64,000 nucleotides of DNA from the human T2T-CHM13v2.0 reference genome, Homo sapiens (GCF_009914755.1 NC_060947.1); one strand, 5' to 3'. Shown: positions 43,576 to 57,847, counted from the stretch's first letter. Numbers and translations are program-made. Notes: generated by a model not told the origin, from the sequence alone.

Positions 43576-43704
43576 CTTTTTTTATAGTGATGGGGGTCCT
43601 GCTATGTTGACCAGGCTGGACTTGAACTCCTAGCCTTTAGCAGTCCTCACATCTTGGCCTCTCAAAGTGCTGAGATTACAGGCGTGAGCCACCATGCCCA
43701 GCCT
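43576..43704 (-). mobile_element. Alu monomer (FLAM-like)
   Basis: T-run, then TGCTATGTTGACCAGGCTGGACTTGAACTCC...CAAAGTGCTGAGATTACAGGCGTGAGCCACCATGCCCAGCC; single arm only. Confidence 0.85.
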
Positions 43705-45323
43705 CATAAAATAACATTTGTCAGTGAAGTCTAATATACAGTGTGATGAGCCATATTCGATTATTTACATTTTAGGAGAATGCAATTCATTGTTTACGTT
43801 ATGAGTTTTCTTATTTCAGTTAAAATTCATTGAACATACAATATGCTGTGTATGCTTTTCAAGTGGCTGAGGATGCATAGACAAATTTAACAGGGATGAA
43901 GTTCCAACTCTCACACTACCAAGAATAAAAGCATCACAGCCAAAATTTGAGTCTAAAATGATGTCATGCATCTAAATCATACCTGGCTCTAGTCCATGCA
44001 ATTCACTGAACTCTAAGAGAGAGCAGATAATTGGAGACTCAACCACTAAATGAGCTGTTTCCAAATTTAAAAGGGCATCAAAATTACCAGGGCCACTGTT
44101 CAAATTAGTTTTTCTGGGCTAGCCAGGAATCTGCATTTTGTTTGACTTGATGTGGTTTGGTGAGATTTCAGGTGACTGTGGTATAGCTAGTTCTAGGACC
44201 ATACATTAGGAAATACCTATCCAAAGGAATCAGGTATCCAAACACTGACCAAAAGTTAAGTTCAGTTTTCTCCTTTATCCTCTTAAGTCCTAATTTATAC
44301 AAAAATATAAGTGATTTGAACTTTTGTAGCTTTTGTCTCTATTTGCACTTGAAAACTCAAAAGGAACAAATAACTTTCTCATGTGATAGAATCATAGGCA
44401 ATATTATTAAGATATTCTCATAAAATAAAGTGAAGATAAATAAAATGTAGTTTGTCTATTTGCCTGGGGCATGGTTTTTATTATGATACTTAAAAAATAA
44501 TCTTCATTCACCACCTTAAGAGAAGCTAAACACAGATACAGAGAAGGCATGTCTGGGAAAAAAGTCATGACTAGCAATTACCTGTTGGAAAATGATAAAC
44601 ATTTAAAATTACCACCATATTTTAACAAGTTTTCTATATCTCTGAATTCATGGAACCATGACTGATATTTTATGCTTAGAAAACATACTTCCATGAAGTA
44701 TTTTAATAATTCTATGCCGAAATCTGATCATAATATTTGCTCAATGAATGATCATTCCTTTTGAAACTATTATTTTCTTGCTGTAGTTCTCATCTTTTGA
44801 ATTTTGTGGTTGTTGAGAAGAGAAATAGATTAATCGAGTACGTTGGTACGTATTTTTTTCTTGCCCTGCTTTAGTACATAACTATTTTCTATATAGATTC
44901 TAACTCTTATAATTTTAAGAGTTTATAAAATGTGTCTACTTTGTGCATTATAATTAAAGATCAATATAAAAACCAATGAAAACATTTTAGGTAATCATCG
45001 CGTCTAAGTACAGCTGTATACTTAAGCATTCACATTCTACAATAACTTCTGGCTCCCATTCACAAGAGTGATTTTTTCTCATTGTAATAACTGTATATGT
45101 CATTTTAAAAACTATATATAATTTTTAAAAATTATAATTACTTTTTAGAAAATATGATTTCAGGAAGCTGAAAGATACAGGATCATCTGTATTTCAAAGC
45201 AATCACAATTAATACTGAAAGAATAAACTAATCCTTGATCAGAGCTGGTGCAATTATTCATAATGATTTTCAATTTATAGAAATTAAAAAAGGCAAGTGA
45301 CGCTAATGAAAATACTACTTTTC

Positions 45324-45719
45324 TTTTTTTATAATTTCAACTTTTACTTTCGATTCAAGGGGTACATATGCAGGTTTGTTACATGGGTGTATTTTGTGAT
45401 GCTGAGGTTTGAGGTGCGAATGATCCCATCACCCAGATAGTGGCCATAGTACTCCATAGTTAGTTTTTCAACCCTTGCCCCCCTCTTGCTTTCCCCTCTC
45501 AAGTAGTCCCCAGTGTCTATTGTTCCCATCTTTATGTCCATCCATACTCAATGTTTAGCTCCCACTTATAAGTGAGAACATGTGGTATTTGGCTTTCTGT
45601 TCCTGTGTTTCTTTATTCACTTAAGATAATGGGCTTCAGTTTCATCCATGTTGCTGCAAAAGACATGATTTTGTTTTCTCTTATGGCTGTGTCATAATAC
45701 ATTTTGTATATGTACCACA
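45324..45719 (-). mobile_element. L1PA15/16-like 3' end with ~16-bp TSD
   Basis: GGGTACATATGCAGGTTTGTTACATGGG...CCCACTTATAAGTGAGAACATG. Flanked by GAAAATACTACTTTTC (45308-45323) and GAAAATGCCACTTTTC (45720-45735). Confidence 0.85.
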
Positions 45720-45776
45720 GAAAATGCCACTTTTCAAATGCCATAATAGTTTGGGTTTAATATAGATTTTTCTCCT

Positions 45777-45810
45777 AAGGATTCAGTCATTTAAAGGATT
45801 CAGTCATTTA
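45777..45810. repeat. Perfect 17-bp tandem duplication AAGGATTCAGTCATTTA x2
   Basis: Read directly. Confidence 0.9.
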
Positions 45811-47134
45811 ATGGTTGCCTCATATTTGAACAAAAAACAAAACAAAACAAAAAAACATAGCAACTAACTTGTGCAAAATAAAAAGACTTAAGCCAATGGT
45901 ATTTTAATTCTCTGAATTAATTTCTAAAAAAACTTTTCTCAAAACTGAGCCAAAAATGGTGGGAAAGATAAAGCATCCTTTTAATAAATGGATATCATTG
46001 CTCTTCTCAGTACTACACATAATAAGATGCTGAAAAACTATCTGGAAGTGAAGATGATGAGTAACTAATAGTACTGTACTAATATTACTAGAAGTGAATG
46101 GAAATGTGTGTAATATTACAAGAATTTTTGGAGCAGATACCATCTTAGTAGCCCATATAAATTGGAGAATACTAAATAGAGTCCCAATATACAAACTGTG
46201 GAAGGTGAAAAGAATGTTAATATGACTATCTATTAATAGAAGTATGTATAGTAAAATTATCTGATATCATTGAATATATAGAGATGTCGTAATTCTCATT
46301 TATAATGAAGCGATATGCTCCTAAGCAACAAGAAAGTCAAATCAAAGAAATTTTATTTTTATTTACAAAGTAAGAAAATCAATTTGTTCAAAATATGAGT
46401 TTTTTAGGCATGTATTGTGCTATGCATTTTATTGAGGGGTGCAAAGTAAAAAAATATTGAAAGGTGCTTCTAATACAAGAATATATTAATAAATCACTAA
46501 TGACAGTAAAGTGTCACGGAAATATGAGTTCGGAAGTTCATACTTTATTCACAATTGGATATAAAGAGATCTTTACAAAAGACAAAAATAAAAATGCTAG
46601 TCATTATAAAATGTTGCAACATTTGTAATTATAGATGGTATATAAAAAAGTTTAAAAATGATTTGGCATCCTACTTTTATATTCCTATATATCTATGCTG
46701 ATTATCAATACTCCAAAAATTTTTAAGGGTCTGAAATGAGACTAGATATTTCTAGTTACAAATAATATTGTTACAAATAATATTAAGATGGCTATTTTAG
46801 AATATTTTCCTTTCTGAAATTGTTTAGAAGTTAAATAGTTACTTGTTGTTATGTAATTTGATCTATAAAATAGAGTAGATAGCAAGAAGTAGTTTGTCTC
46901 ATCCACTATTTAAAACAGATTTTGTCTAAAGTATAATAAAAAAACAGATTTTGTCACAGTATACTCTAATATTAAGCTTAAAATTAGTTTCATGTGTTCA
47001 AAGTTTCTATGATGCTTTGATCTATCAATTGCCACTGAAAGTGACATAGACTCTACTTACAACAAATCTTTTTTATTAATGTATTCCTAAGAAATTTCAA
47101 GCAAAGTTCAATTGTAAGAAATGTATACCCTGTA

Positions 47135-49035
47135 GAATACAAAATCAACATTCAAAAATCAGTAGTGTTTGTATGCACTAACAGTGAACTATCCAGAAAT
47201 CAAGAAAATAATTCCATTTACAATAGTTAAGAAAAAAGGGTAAGTGTAAATTTAACCAAGGACGTGAAAGACATATACACTAAAAACTATAAACATCAAC
47301 GAAATATATTGAAGAAGACACAAACATATAGGAAGATATCCCATGTTCATGGATTGAAAAGTCCATATTAACCAAAGTGATTTACAGATTCAATGCAATC
47401 TCTATCAAAGTTCCAATGCCATTTCTTACAGAAATAGAAAAAACAATCCTAAAACTAATATGGAACCACAAAAATCCACAAATAGCCAAAGTGATCCTCA
47501 GCAAAAATAACAAAGCTAGAAGCATCGTACTATCTGATGTTAAAATTTACTACAAAGCTACAGTAATCAAAATAGCATTGCACTGGAAAAACATACACAT
47601 GGAACAATAGAACAAGATAAAGAGCTCAGAAGAAAACCCATAAATTTATAGCCAATTGATTTTTGAGAAAGAGGCCAAAAACACAGAATGGAGAAAGGAC
47701 AGTCTCCAAAAACTGGTGTCAGGAAAACTGTATATCCATATGCAGAAGGATGAATTTGAATCTTTCTTTCATAACATATGACTTAAACATAAGACCTGAA
47801 ACTCTAAAACTGCTAGAGGAAAACATACAGGAAAATTATCTTGACGTTGGTTTGGGCAAAGATTTTTTTTGGATATGACCCTGAAAGCACAAGCAATAAA
47901 AAGCAAAAATAGACAATGAAATTTTATCAGATGAAAAAGCTTCTTCACAGCAAAAGAAAAAACAGAGTGAAAACACAACCCACATAGTAGAAGAAAATAT
48001 TTGCAAGCCATACATCTGATAAGAGGTTAATATCCAAAATATATAAGGAACTCAAACGACTTAATAACAAGAAAACAAATAACCAGATCAGAAAACGAAC
48101 AAAAAACCTGAAGAGACATGTATCATAATAAGACATGCAAATGATCCACAGGTTCATGAAAAATTCTCGATATAAGTAAACATTAGAGGAATGCAAATTA
48201 AACCCACCATGAGATATAACTTCACACCTGTGAGAATAGCTACAATCAAAAAGGAAATATATGTGTTTCAGAATGTAGAGAAAAGGGAACTCTTGTTTAT
48301 TGCTGGTGGAAATATAAATTAGTACAGCCATTATGAATAATGGTCTGGAGGTTCCATAAAAGACGAAAAATAGAACTATCACATGATTTGGCAATTTCAC
48401 TATGGGGTATATATCTAAAAATTTGAAATCAATAAGTCAAAGAGATATATGCACTCCACTGTTTATTGCAGCACTATTCACAATAGCAAAGATATGGAAT
48501 CAACCTAAGTGTCTATCAATGGATGAATGGATGAAGAAAATGTGGTGTGTAAACAATGAAATGCTATTCAGTCTTAAAAAGAAGGAAATTCTGTCATTTG
48601 CAGCAACCTGATGAACTTGGAGGACATTATGTTACATAACATAAGCCAGGCACAGAAAGACAAGTATGGCATATCTTATATGTGGAATGTAAAAATGTCA
48701 ACTCATAGTAGAGGAGAATGGTGGTTACCAGAGGCCGGAGCCAGGGGAAAGGGAGGAAATAGAGACATGTTCATCAAAGGGTATAAAGTTTCAGTTACAC
48801 AAGAGGAATCGGATTTTGAGATCTATTGCACAGCAGGATGACGATAATCAAAAACAATGTATGTTCCAAAATAACTGAGTGTAAATTTGCCAACATCTCA
48901 TCACAAACTAAGTGAGATGAAGTGTGTTAATTAGCTTGATTTAATCATTCCGCATTATATGCATATATGAAAACATCACATTGAAAACCACAAATGTATC
49001 CAAATATCATTTGCTAATTAAAATAGTATTAATTA
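47135..49035 (+). mobile_element. L1MA-like 3' portion (ORF2 C-terminus plus 3'UTR)
   Basis: ORF remnants [31 protein letters not shown] and ICTPLFIAALFTIAKIWNQPKC; 3'UTR GAGATCTATTGCACAGCAGGATGAC. Confidence 0.88.
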
Positions 49036-49069
49036 AGTAATAAATTAAAACAAGTTTAAAAATAGCCCT

Positions 49070-49670
49070 GGATACCTCATACCCATTAGGATGGCTACTA
49101 TCAAAATAGAAAACATTACAGAAAATAACAAGTGTTGGTGAGGATGTGGAAAAATTTGAACTCTTGTTCACTGTTGGTAGGGATGTAAAATGGTGCAGCC
49201 ACTATGAAAAACAGAATGGCAGTTCTTCAAACATTGAAAATTAAATTGCCATATGATCCAGCAATTCCATTTCTGTGTATATATGCAAAATAAGTGAAAT
49301 CAGGGAATGAAAGAGATATTTGCATATTTGTGATCATAGCAGCATTATTTACAGTAGCTAAGAGATAGATGCACCCTAAGCGTCTATCTACAGATCAGTG
49401 GATAAACAAAATGTGGTGTATACATGCAATGGAACATTGTTCAGCCTTAGAAAGGAAGGAAATTTTGACACAGGCTACAACAGGGATGAACCTTGAGGGC
49501 GTTATGTTAAGTGAATTAATCTAGTCATCAAACCACACAAAAAGACAAATACTGTATTATTCTATTGATATGAGATACCTCCAGTAGTCAAAGCCATAGA
49601 AACAGAAAACAAAATGGTGGTTGAAATTTTTATGTAAATGTATTTTACCAGATTTAAAAATTTTTTAAAA
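49070..49670 (+). mobile_element. L1MB-like 3' fragment
   Basis: ACCCATTAGGATGGCTACTATCAAAA...AACAAGTGTTGGTGAGGATGTGG...CAGCCTTAGAAAGGAAGGAAATTTTGACAC. Confidence 0.8.
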
Positions 49671-49699
49671 AGCCCCTGATTTTTAAGAAAGCAATTAAA

Positions 49700-49829
49700 C
49701 CCATCTATGCCTAGTGTTCCAGTACTGGAACACTAAGTATGTGGGAGTTATTTATACCCTACTGCTCAAGGTCATCGCCAAGGTCTGATTGCAAAAATTC
49801 AAAAAACTGCAATCTCAGGCATATATGGG
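49700..49829. mobile_element. MER85 piggyBac (PGBD3-derived) MITE
   Basis: TIRs CCCATCTATGCCT / AGGCATATATGGG, TTAA at both flanks, internal GTTCCA....TGGAAC palindrome and CTGCTCAAGGTCATCGCCAAGGTCTGATTGCAAAAATTC. Confidence 0.93.
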
Positions 49830-51177
49830 TTAAGGAAAAGTTTGCATTCTTGTTATTTCTGGCGCCACACTTCCATCTAGCATGATGATGCCTAAACAGC
49901 CTTTTTAAAACTGATGTAAATATCCAAAGTTTTACAGATTAAAATAGTGAGGAAAAACAAATAATTATTATCATTCCCAGGAAATATCCATAAGCCAAAA
50001 GCCTTTGCTTAGGGGAATCTTCTTAAAGAAAGACCTGAGGAAAAGAAAAAATCGAATTCCTTAAGCAGGACATTTAGGATTTGTTCTGGCTTGTGATAAA
50101 TATATAGAGAGCAAGTCCAATTGCGTGATGCCCTATTTTAAGAAATTTCATTTTTTATACAAATGAATTAGTTTAATTTATCATATTCTGAAAGTATCCT
50201 TTAGTATCCTTTGAAATTAGAGATTCCATTATATCACTTATCTTTTGCTTGAAGACTAAAGCACATGTCTCAGAAGTGGAGGCAGTGGTAACATGTTAGA
50301 AATCACTGTCCATTGGAAATCAATCTGTAATAAAGGTGGCACTTCTAAAATTATAATGTAAGTCAATAGGGAAATATAGATTCCATTTTCAAAAATGTGC
50401 TTCACGTACAAATGTCAAGGAATGCAACTATTTGTAAAATAAGGTCTAGTTTTAGTCATATAAGGCATGATTCAAAAAAAACCACACTCAACTCAGTATA
50501 TCCTAGGTGAGTAAAGAAAGAGAAACAGAAATGAGCCATTTCTGAGGTGCTGGGGGATGTTATTTGATAAATTTACTAAGAGCCTAGAGAAAACTGAAGT
50601 TGCTGCCCTCTGACTACAACATTCAAGTTTATCATTTGTGTGTAACATAAAAGGGCAATTTAGATGTTAAAATTTAATCAACATGAAACATTAATGCCTT
50701 AGGTTGAAACAGAGAATGGCACAATGATGGCATTAGAAAGGGTGAAAATAGCACCATTACTCTCATTGACATCATCAACGTGTTTGCTTCAGTGAACTGT
50801 ACCTCCAAAATGGAAAAACAAGAGGGTTATTTGTAAGGAAGTTATCATCAATATTTAGCTTTCTTCTTGCCCGACTCTAGAATGACCTATATTCTATAAA
50901 AGATGAAAAAATACATCTAACCAAAACATAGATTTCTTTATTCATAAAACACAGCAACATTTGGCAGATTTCCTTTATCATCTTTGGATTAATGTGATTG
51001 CATTAGGGAAATTAAAAAGTTGATCATTAAATGATAAAAATACGAAATATTGCTTCCTGGGGGCAATAAGTACTGTTTAGTATCAATAAAACAAACATTT
51101 ATTTGGCTATCAATCTACAAGTCATTAGTTACCTACTATGTCCCAGACATATAATAATGCATAAATATATACATATA

Positions 51178-51617
51178 TAACCTCTCTTAGGAGTGCCAAA
51201 TCCGTATTTCTAACTGCCAAACAGAAGTTTCCATCAGGAAATCCTACAGGCACTTCAAAGTCCACAAGGCCAAAATGCAACAGCCCTGTAGGTATGCATT
51301 ATTATATGTGTAGACCTATATACGTCCACACATATATATGTGCACTATATATATATGTGAACTATTTAAAGATATATGAATTTTCAAATGAGAGCCAGAA
51401 GACTTAGATTCTGCGACACTACACACTACACCCCTCCTTGCCTCTCCCAAATACTATTTCTATAGTGATAATCTTCACACTTGTGTTTCCAGCCCTAACC
51501 TCTCTTATGAGGACCAAATCCATATGTCTAACTGCAAAACAGACATTTCCATCAGGAAATCCCACAGGCACTTCAAAGTCCACAAGGCCAAATTGCAACA
51601 GCCCTGTACATATGCAT
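51178..51617 (+). repeat. Direct duplication of a ~122-bp segment (51178-51299 and 51496-51617), L2-like sequence
   Basis: Both copies contain TTTCCATCAGGAAATCC(T/C)ACAGGCACTTCAAAGTCCACAAGGCCAAA(A/T)TGCAACAGCCCTGTA. Confidence 0.88.
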
Positions 51618-52215
51618 GTGCCCATACGATTCAGACATTCACAAGGTCCTTTGAAGTCAATATTGGCTCTTCTTCTTCATTCTTATTTTACTTTCCAGAC
51701 CCAGATCAACTACTGCCTTTTTTGGGAGCCCTCCGTAACCTTCCCAGGCAGAATTGATTGCTATTTTCTCCATATTCTCATTATTTTTAGTATATATCCT
51801 TAATACTATACTTACTTTTTTGTCATGATTAGTGAAGTAACTATCTTTCTCTTCTACTATCCCATAAACCTCTAAGGCAGACGACGTTTTTATTACTGTC
51901 TTGTTTTGGTTTTGAATGGATTAATCTGAAAACACTCAAATGAAATGATGTTTTTACAAGAAAATTCTGTTACAGTAGGTATGAGTTGAAACATCTCTTA
52001 CTTTCAACATATGTTCAAGTGACTCTAATGTGTTCTAAAGTCTGAAAATCACTGAATTACGCAAATAGCTAGACAGAGAGTACTGCTATAAATGTTTAAA
52101 ATAACTCTTAAGGTGTAAGTATGTATACCCTCTTATATTTGGTTAAATATCTGATGTGTCACTAATGATTTCTGGTGATGGCAACAATTTTCTAAGTAGT
52201 GAGCCTGTACACAGC

Positions 52216-52529
<314 letters not shown>

Positions 52530-52532
52530 CCC

Positions 52533-52841
52533 TCTTTTTTTGTTGTTCGGTTTTGTTTTGACGGAGTTTCGCCCTTGTTGCCCAGGCTGGAGTGCAATGG
52601 CGCCATCTTGGCTCGCTGCAACCCTCGCCTCCCGAGTTCAAGCGATCCTCCTGCCTCAGCCTCTTGAGTAGCTGGGATTACAGGTGTGCGCCAGCATGCC
52701 CAGCTAATTTTTTGTATTTTTAGTAGAGACGGGGTTTCATCATGTTGGCCAGGCTAGTCTCGAACTCCTGACCTCAGGTAATTCACCCGCCTCGGCCTCC
52801 CAAAGTGCTGGGATTACAGGCGTGAGCCACCATGCCCGACC
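52533..52841 (-). mobile_element. AluS (Sp/Sq-like)
   Basis: ACGGAGTTTCGCCCTTGTTGCCCAGGCTGGAGTGCAATGG...ACCTCAGGT...GTGAGCCACCATGCCCGACC. Confidence 0.93.
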
Positions 52842-54572
52842 CAGCCTGTACACATTTAAAACACCCTGAATGTTAGGTAAGATAAATATTGTGACGAAAA
52901 CATGGAGACATTAACTGAAAAAAAGTAGGTTGCAAAACAACCTTAACAAAATGTTCATATTTTAGAAGCAACTGCATGGATGGTACATATATGTACAAAA
53001 AAGTCATGAAAGATGTACACTAACTTGCTGACAGTAGTAATCTTCAGCTGCTGGAAATGTGGTGGTTTTTAAAAATATTTTACTTTATGTGTCTGACTTT
53101 CTGCAAGGCACATAAACTGTTTTTATAATAATCAAATAAAAAAATACATATGCCTTCTATCAGAATTGATAGGACTCTAGAGGGGAAAATAATATCAATT
53201 GAATGCCTTATGCATCAGGCAGTATGCTAGATGCTGGGGATAGAACAATTAGTAATGTAAGGACAGGTTTAGAGAAGTTAAACAGCATATCCATGGCTTA
53301 TTATAAACAAATAATAGAATTGGGATTCAAATCCAGGTATTTATGATTCTGAAATAATACTTATTCCATTTCATCTTGGTACTCCAGGTCCAATATCATT
53401 CCTGGGCAAAACGTAATTTAAGTTTCTGCTGCTCTACCCACATTATTTCATGCCATGAATCACCATGGTCATTACCATGGGGCCTGTTTCAGGATACTCT
53501 TCATTCATCAACTTAATCTTTATCATCTTCCCTAATGTTTTGGTCAACTAATCTGATAAAGTAATTTATGAAAAAGTATTGATGTATTAGTCATTGTACT
53601 GAACACCTAAGTGCCATGTATGTGCAGCCTATTATGCTAGGTTTGGGGTGACAGAGCTCATATTCAAGTGGAGGGGCAGGGAAGCTAAACACTCACATAG
53701 CTGACTGCATCACAATCTGCTAAATGCTATAATAAAGAAAACAACAAAACTGTCACTGTGAGCATGGAGAAGTTAAGTGCTTAATTCTGTATTGGAAGTC
53801 ACAGAGAGTTTAATAGAAAAGTAGGCAAAGGGCATATGGAGCAAAGACCAATACCTGTGCAAACTAAATATGTATCAGCGAAAGAACCCTCCTTCCTAAG
53901 GATCAGTCTGACCATTTTATGGCAACCTCCTGCAAACACATTGCCCTTACATTGATGCCAAATTCCAATGCTAGGTGTCTCTGCGTCTGCAGCAGACTGG
54001 TGGTGTGAAATACTTTTAGGCAACCCTTTCTTGAGCAGATCTCACAATAACATATCTTAAAGCAAACACCTGTGGCTTATGCAGCCTCTCTTTCATATTA
54101 GTACATGACATTCTCACTGAACTGCATCCCTGAGCAGCTCACATAGTGACATGTTGAATGTAGCTGGGTTACCTAATAATACTTGGAGAAATTAGGAAGC
54201 TGTCAGTAAAACATCCAAGAGGGCTTTGTGAATTGCTTTCTAAAATCAATCTAAATTAGCAATTAATGAAAAAATTTTGACAAATTGTTCAACACTGAGT
54301 ACAAGTGGATAAAAATCAAACTCTGGAAAATTCAATTTTGTTTATCATTAATGCTAGAGTGTATTTAACAAATGAATTTTTTCCAGAGTAGTCACCTCAA
54401 TTTATTCCAGTAGATATCCTTGATAAGTAAATTATTTCACCCCTTTTTAAAAGAAAATAGAAATTAACTCATTCCAAAGAGTAAAGGAGAGGAACATAAA
54501 CTTTTGGATCAGAAGTATGCTTGGCGAGAAATATGTGAATAGGTAGTTAGAGATAAAGATAATTCACATTTT

Positions 54573-55278
54573 ATGGCGATCATTAAAAAGTCAGGAAACA
54601 ACAGGTGCTGGAGAGGATGTGGAGAAATAGGAACACTTTTACACTGTTGGTGGGACTGTAAACTAGTTCGACCCTTGTGGAAGGCACTGTGGCGATTCCT
54701 CAGGGATCTAGAACTAGAAATACCATCTGACCCAGCCATCCCATTACTGGGTATATACCCAAAGGATTATAAATCATGCTGCTATAAAGACACATGCACA
54801 CGTATGTTTATTGTGGCACTATTCACAATAGCAAAGACTTGGAACCAACCCAAATGTCCAACAACGATAGACTGGATTAAGAAAATGTGGCACATATACA
54901 CCATGGAATACTATGCAGCCATAAAAAATGATAAGTTCATGTCCTTTGTAGGGACATGGATGAAACTGGAAACCATCATTCTCAGCAAACTATCGCAAGG
55001 AAAAAAACCAAACACCGCATGTTCTCACTCATAGGTGGGAATTGAACAATGAGAACACCTGGACACAGGAAGGGTAACATCACACTCCGGGGACTGTTGT
55101 GGGGTGGGGGGAGGGGGGAGGGATAGTATTAGGAGATATACCTAATGCTAAATGACGAGTTAATGGGTGCAGCACACCAACATGGCACATGTATACATAT
55201 GTAACTAACCTGCACATTGTGCACATGTACCCTAAAACTCAAAGTATGATAATAATAAAAAAAGAAAATAAAAAAAAA
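54573..55278 (+). mobile_element. 5'-truncated young L1PA (L1PA2/3-like)
   Basis: Open ORF2 C-terminus ([32 protein letters not shown]...), G-rich 3'UTR and A tail. Imperfect TSD ATAATTCACATTTTATG / ATAATTCACCTTTTTATG. Confidence 0.95.
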
Positions 55279-56139
55279 ATAATTCACCTTTTTATGCATA
55301 GCTATAAGTAACTGAGGCCTTTCAGGCATCAGTGATAGGTAATTTATACATAAATATTTGCACTTCCTTATGTACTTTAAGCGAGTTGTATTCATGGACT
55401 TTCTGGAGGGCTGGCGTTTTTTTTTTCAATTATTTCACAGTCACAGGTTACATAATTAATCATAGTTCTATAGATCACTGTGTCAGAATTAGAAAATATT
55501 TCAAAATAACTAGATGGTTACAAAATAGAAATATACACATAGGATATTTAGTTTTTAAAAAGTTAAGCCATGTGATTTGGCATTAAAAAGATATAGCCTA
55601 AAATACGAAAAAGTTAAGAGTGAGTCGGTGATGAAATTAAGGACCAAGACAGAGAAGAAATCAGACATGCCTTCTATTTCTTCTCTAAAATCCCACCCCA
55701 GGTAGAAAGTGTTATTTCCTCTAAAAATGTTTTCCACATTATTTCCAAAATAATTGCAAGAATACCATAAAAATTCCCCATTGCCTACAAGAAGATAGGC
55801 AGCGAATACTTTGAAGTTATTGGGTAACACTTAAGGAAATTTTTAGCAAATATGTTTTTAAAGTTAAAAGACAAACTACAAAGGATATTCCAAAACTAAT
55901 TTCTGAAAAAAAAACAAAAATATTTTAAATAAATCTTCAAACCTAAATGGTTGCAGGTGAAAAGATTAATTTCCAGTGTCAACTAAGATTTATACATGTT
56001 CTTTCCTCTGCTAGTATCACATATGGGTAAGTTTATGAATGGATAAGCACAATAGCCTGACCTGGAAATAAATCAGGGCAAAGTTTACCAAAAAAGGGGG
56101 GAAAACACAACAGGATTCTATATTATTTAAGAGTAAATA

Positions 56140-56153
56140 TTTATTTATTTATT
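56140..56153 (-). terminator. Probable DCAF12L1 polyadenylation signal (overlapping AATAAA hexamers)
   Basis: Plus strand TTTATTTATTTATT = AATAAATAAATAAA on the minus strand, followed ~30 nt downstream by GU/U-rich TGTTGTGTTTTCCCCCCTTTTTTGG. Confidence 0.6.
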
Positions 56154-57847
56154 GACTTAAAACTTTAAACTCTAGGTCTCCAGAGGCATTCAACCAGTAC
56201 ATATTTACTTATTGCCTTTTATTTGCTAAGTATTAGTGGAGAAATGAGGCAATATAAAGATGACAATTGTATTCTCTGTTCTCAAGACATTTACAACTGA
56301 CTTGGAGACGCATGCACACAAATATATCTTACTGCTATATAACAACAATTATATTAGCCTTTATAACAATGGTTAGAAACAAAAGCTTACTTTTTGGTAT
56401 TTCTTAAATGACTTTTAGTACAATTTATTATATTAAGTTGTTCGGATTTGTGACTGAACAGCAATGTTGTGTGTGTGCACCAAGATAGCATCTGAGTGCC
56501 CAAACATCTAAGGGAAAACAGACATAACAAATTACTAATCCTGGGTCAGCACAGCCTGGCCAGTTTTAGAAATGACAAATATTGCTTCTCACTTCCAGTA
56601 GTCTCACATATGGAGAAGTACAACCTGTTTTCATAGCAGTCCACAATTTATATTTATCTGCGCTCCAATATACTTTTCTTCAACCTCATCCTATTTATTT
56701 TAAATCTCACCTATCTTGAAACGAACTTCCTGTGTTCTTGATATTGCATACTATTACATTGAGAGTTATAACACCACTACTTTTTAACAACACGTTATAC
56801 TTTAGGAAAGAATCTTTGAACTTCACAAAATAAAATCTTATTAAGAATCTTTTTTTCAGAATGTGCTATTTTTGGTCTTTGTTTTTTTTATTGTGAATTA
56901 CCTCTTAAGCAGAATTGGAAAATGTTAAATATCCTCAAATATAACATTTTATAATAAAAACAGCAACAGCAAAAATATCTAGTCTATACCCTGGATCAGT
57001 ATACATTCTGCCCAGCCTGCCATACATTCCACGTTTACATTTCCTGCTTTTCATGATGGCTCCAATGCCCTGTGCAAGTTTTTCAAACAACATACATTCA
57101 AATATATTCACAAGTCTTGATAGTACTAAGGCAACAAGTGAAAAAATACACATTCTTTTATCTATTTAAGGACAGGTGATAACAACTTAAATAAGTTTTG
57201 AAATAAAAAAAAATGGTTGTTTCAACTTTCAGGTTAATTCTGAAAATGCAATGAAGCAGAACCCCTGCACTCCTAAAGTGTTCCGACCAATTAGGAGTTT
57301 GATACAAGCACAAGATTCTATGATAACTTATTTTGAAAGAGAATAAACTTCAAAAAAGCACTTTAGCACCAACAACGTAAAAACTATATACACTAAGATC
57401 ACAATTTGTAAATTAAGTGTTTCCAAACGTAGGTAATCTAGAACTTGGAATGTACTTTTCCAATTGAACAATGCTATAAAACTATGGTAAGCTCTCCAGA
57501 AAAGATGTAGGAACACCTTGCTTACTAGAAAATTTTCTCTTCGTATCTGCAATGAAAAATAACTGAAAACAATGCTGTTGTAATATTGGTAACGAGGAAA
57601 AACAAGGAAAACAAATATACATAACTGAAAGACCATGACTGCATCTTCTTAAAGAAACAGAATGTATGAATCACTCAAAGAGAGAATGCAACTAAAGATT
57701 AACGATTAACCAAATTTCTTTGTATGAAAATTCCAAAAGATGGTGTTGGAAAGGAGTCAAAAAGTCTTAAAGCCAAGTTTTCATTGACCAAAGGACCACT
57801 CACTCTCTCTGCTTGGAGGAGTACAAATTAAGCTGGGCTGGTTCCAC

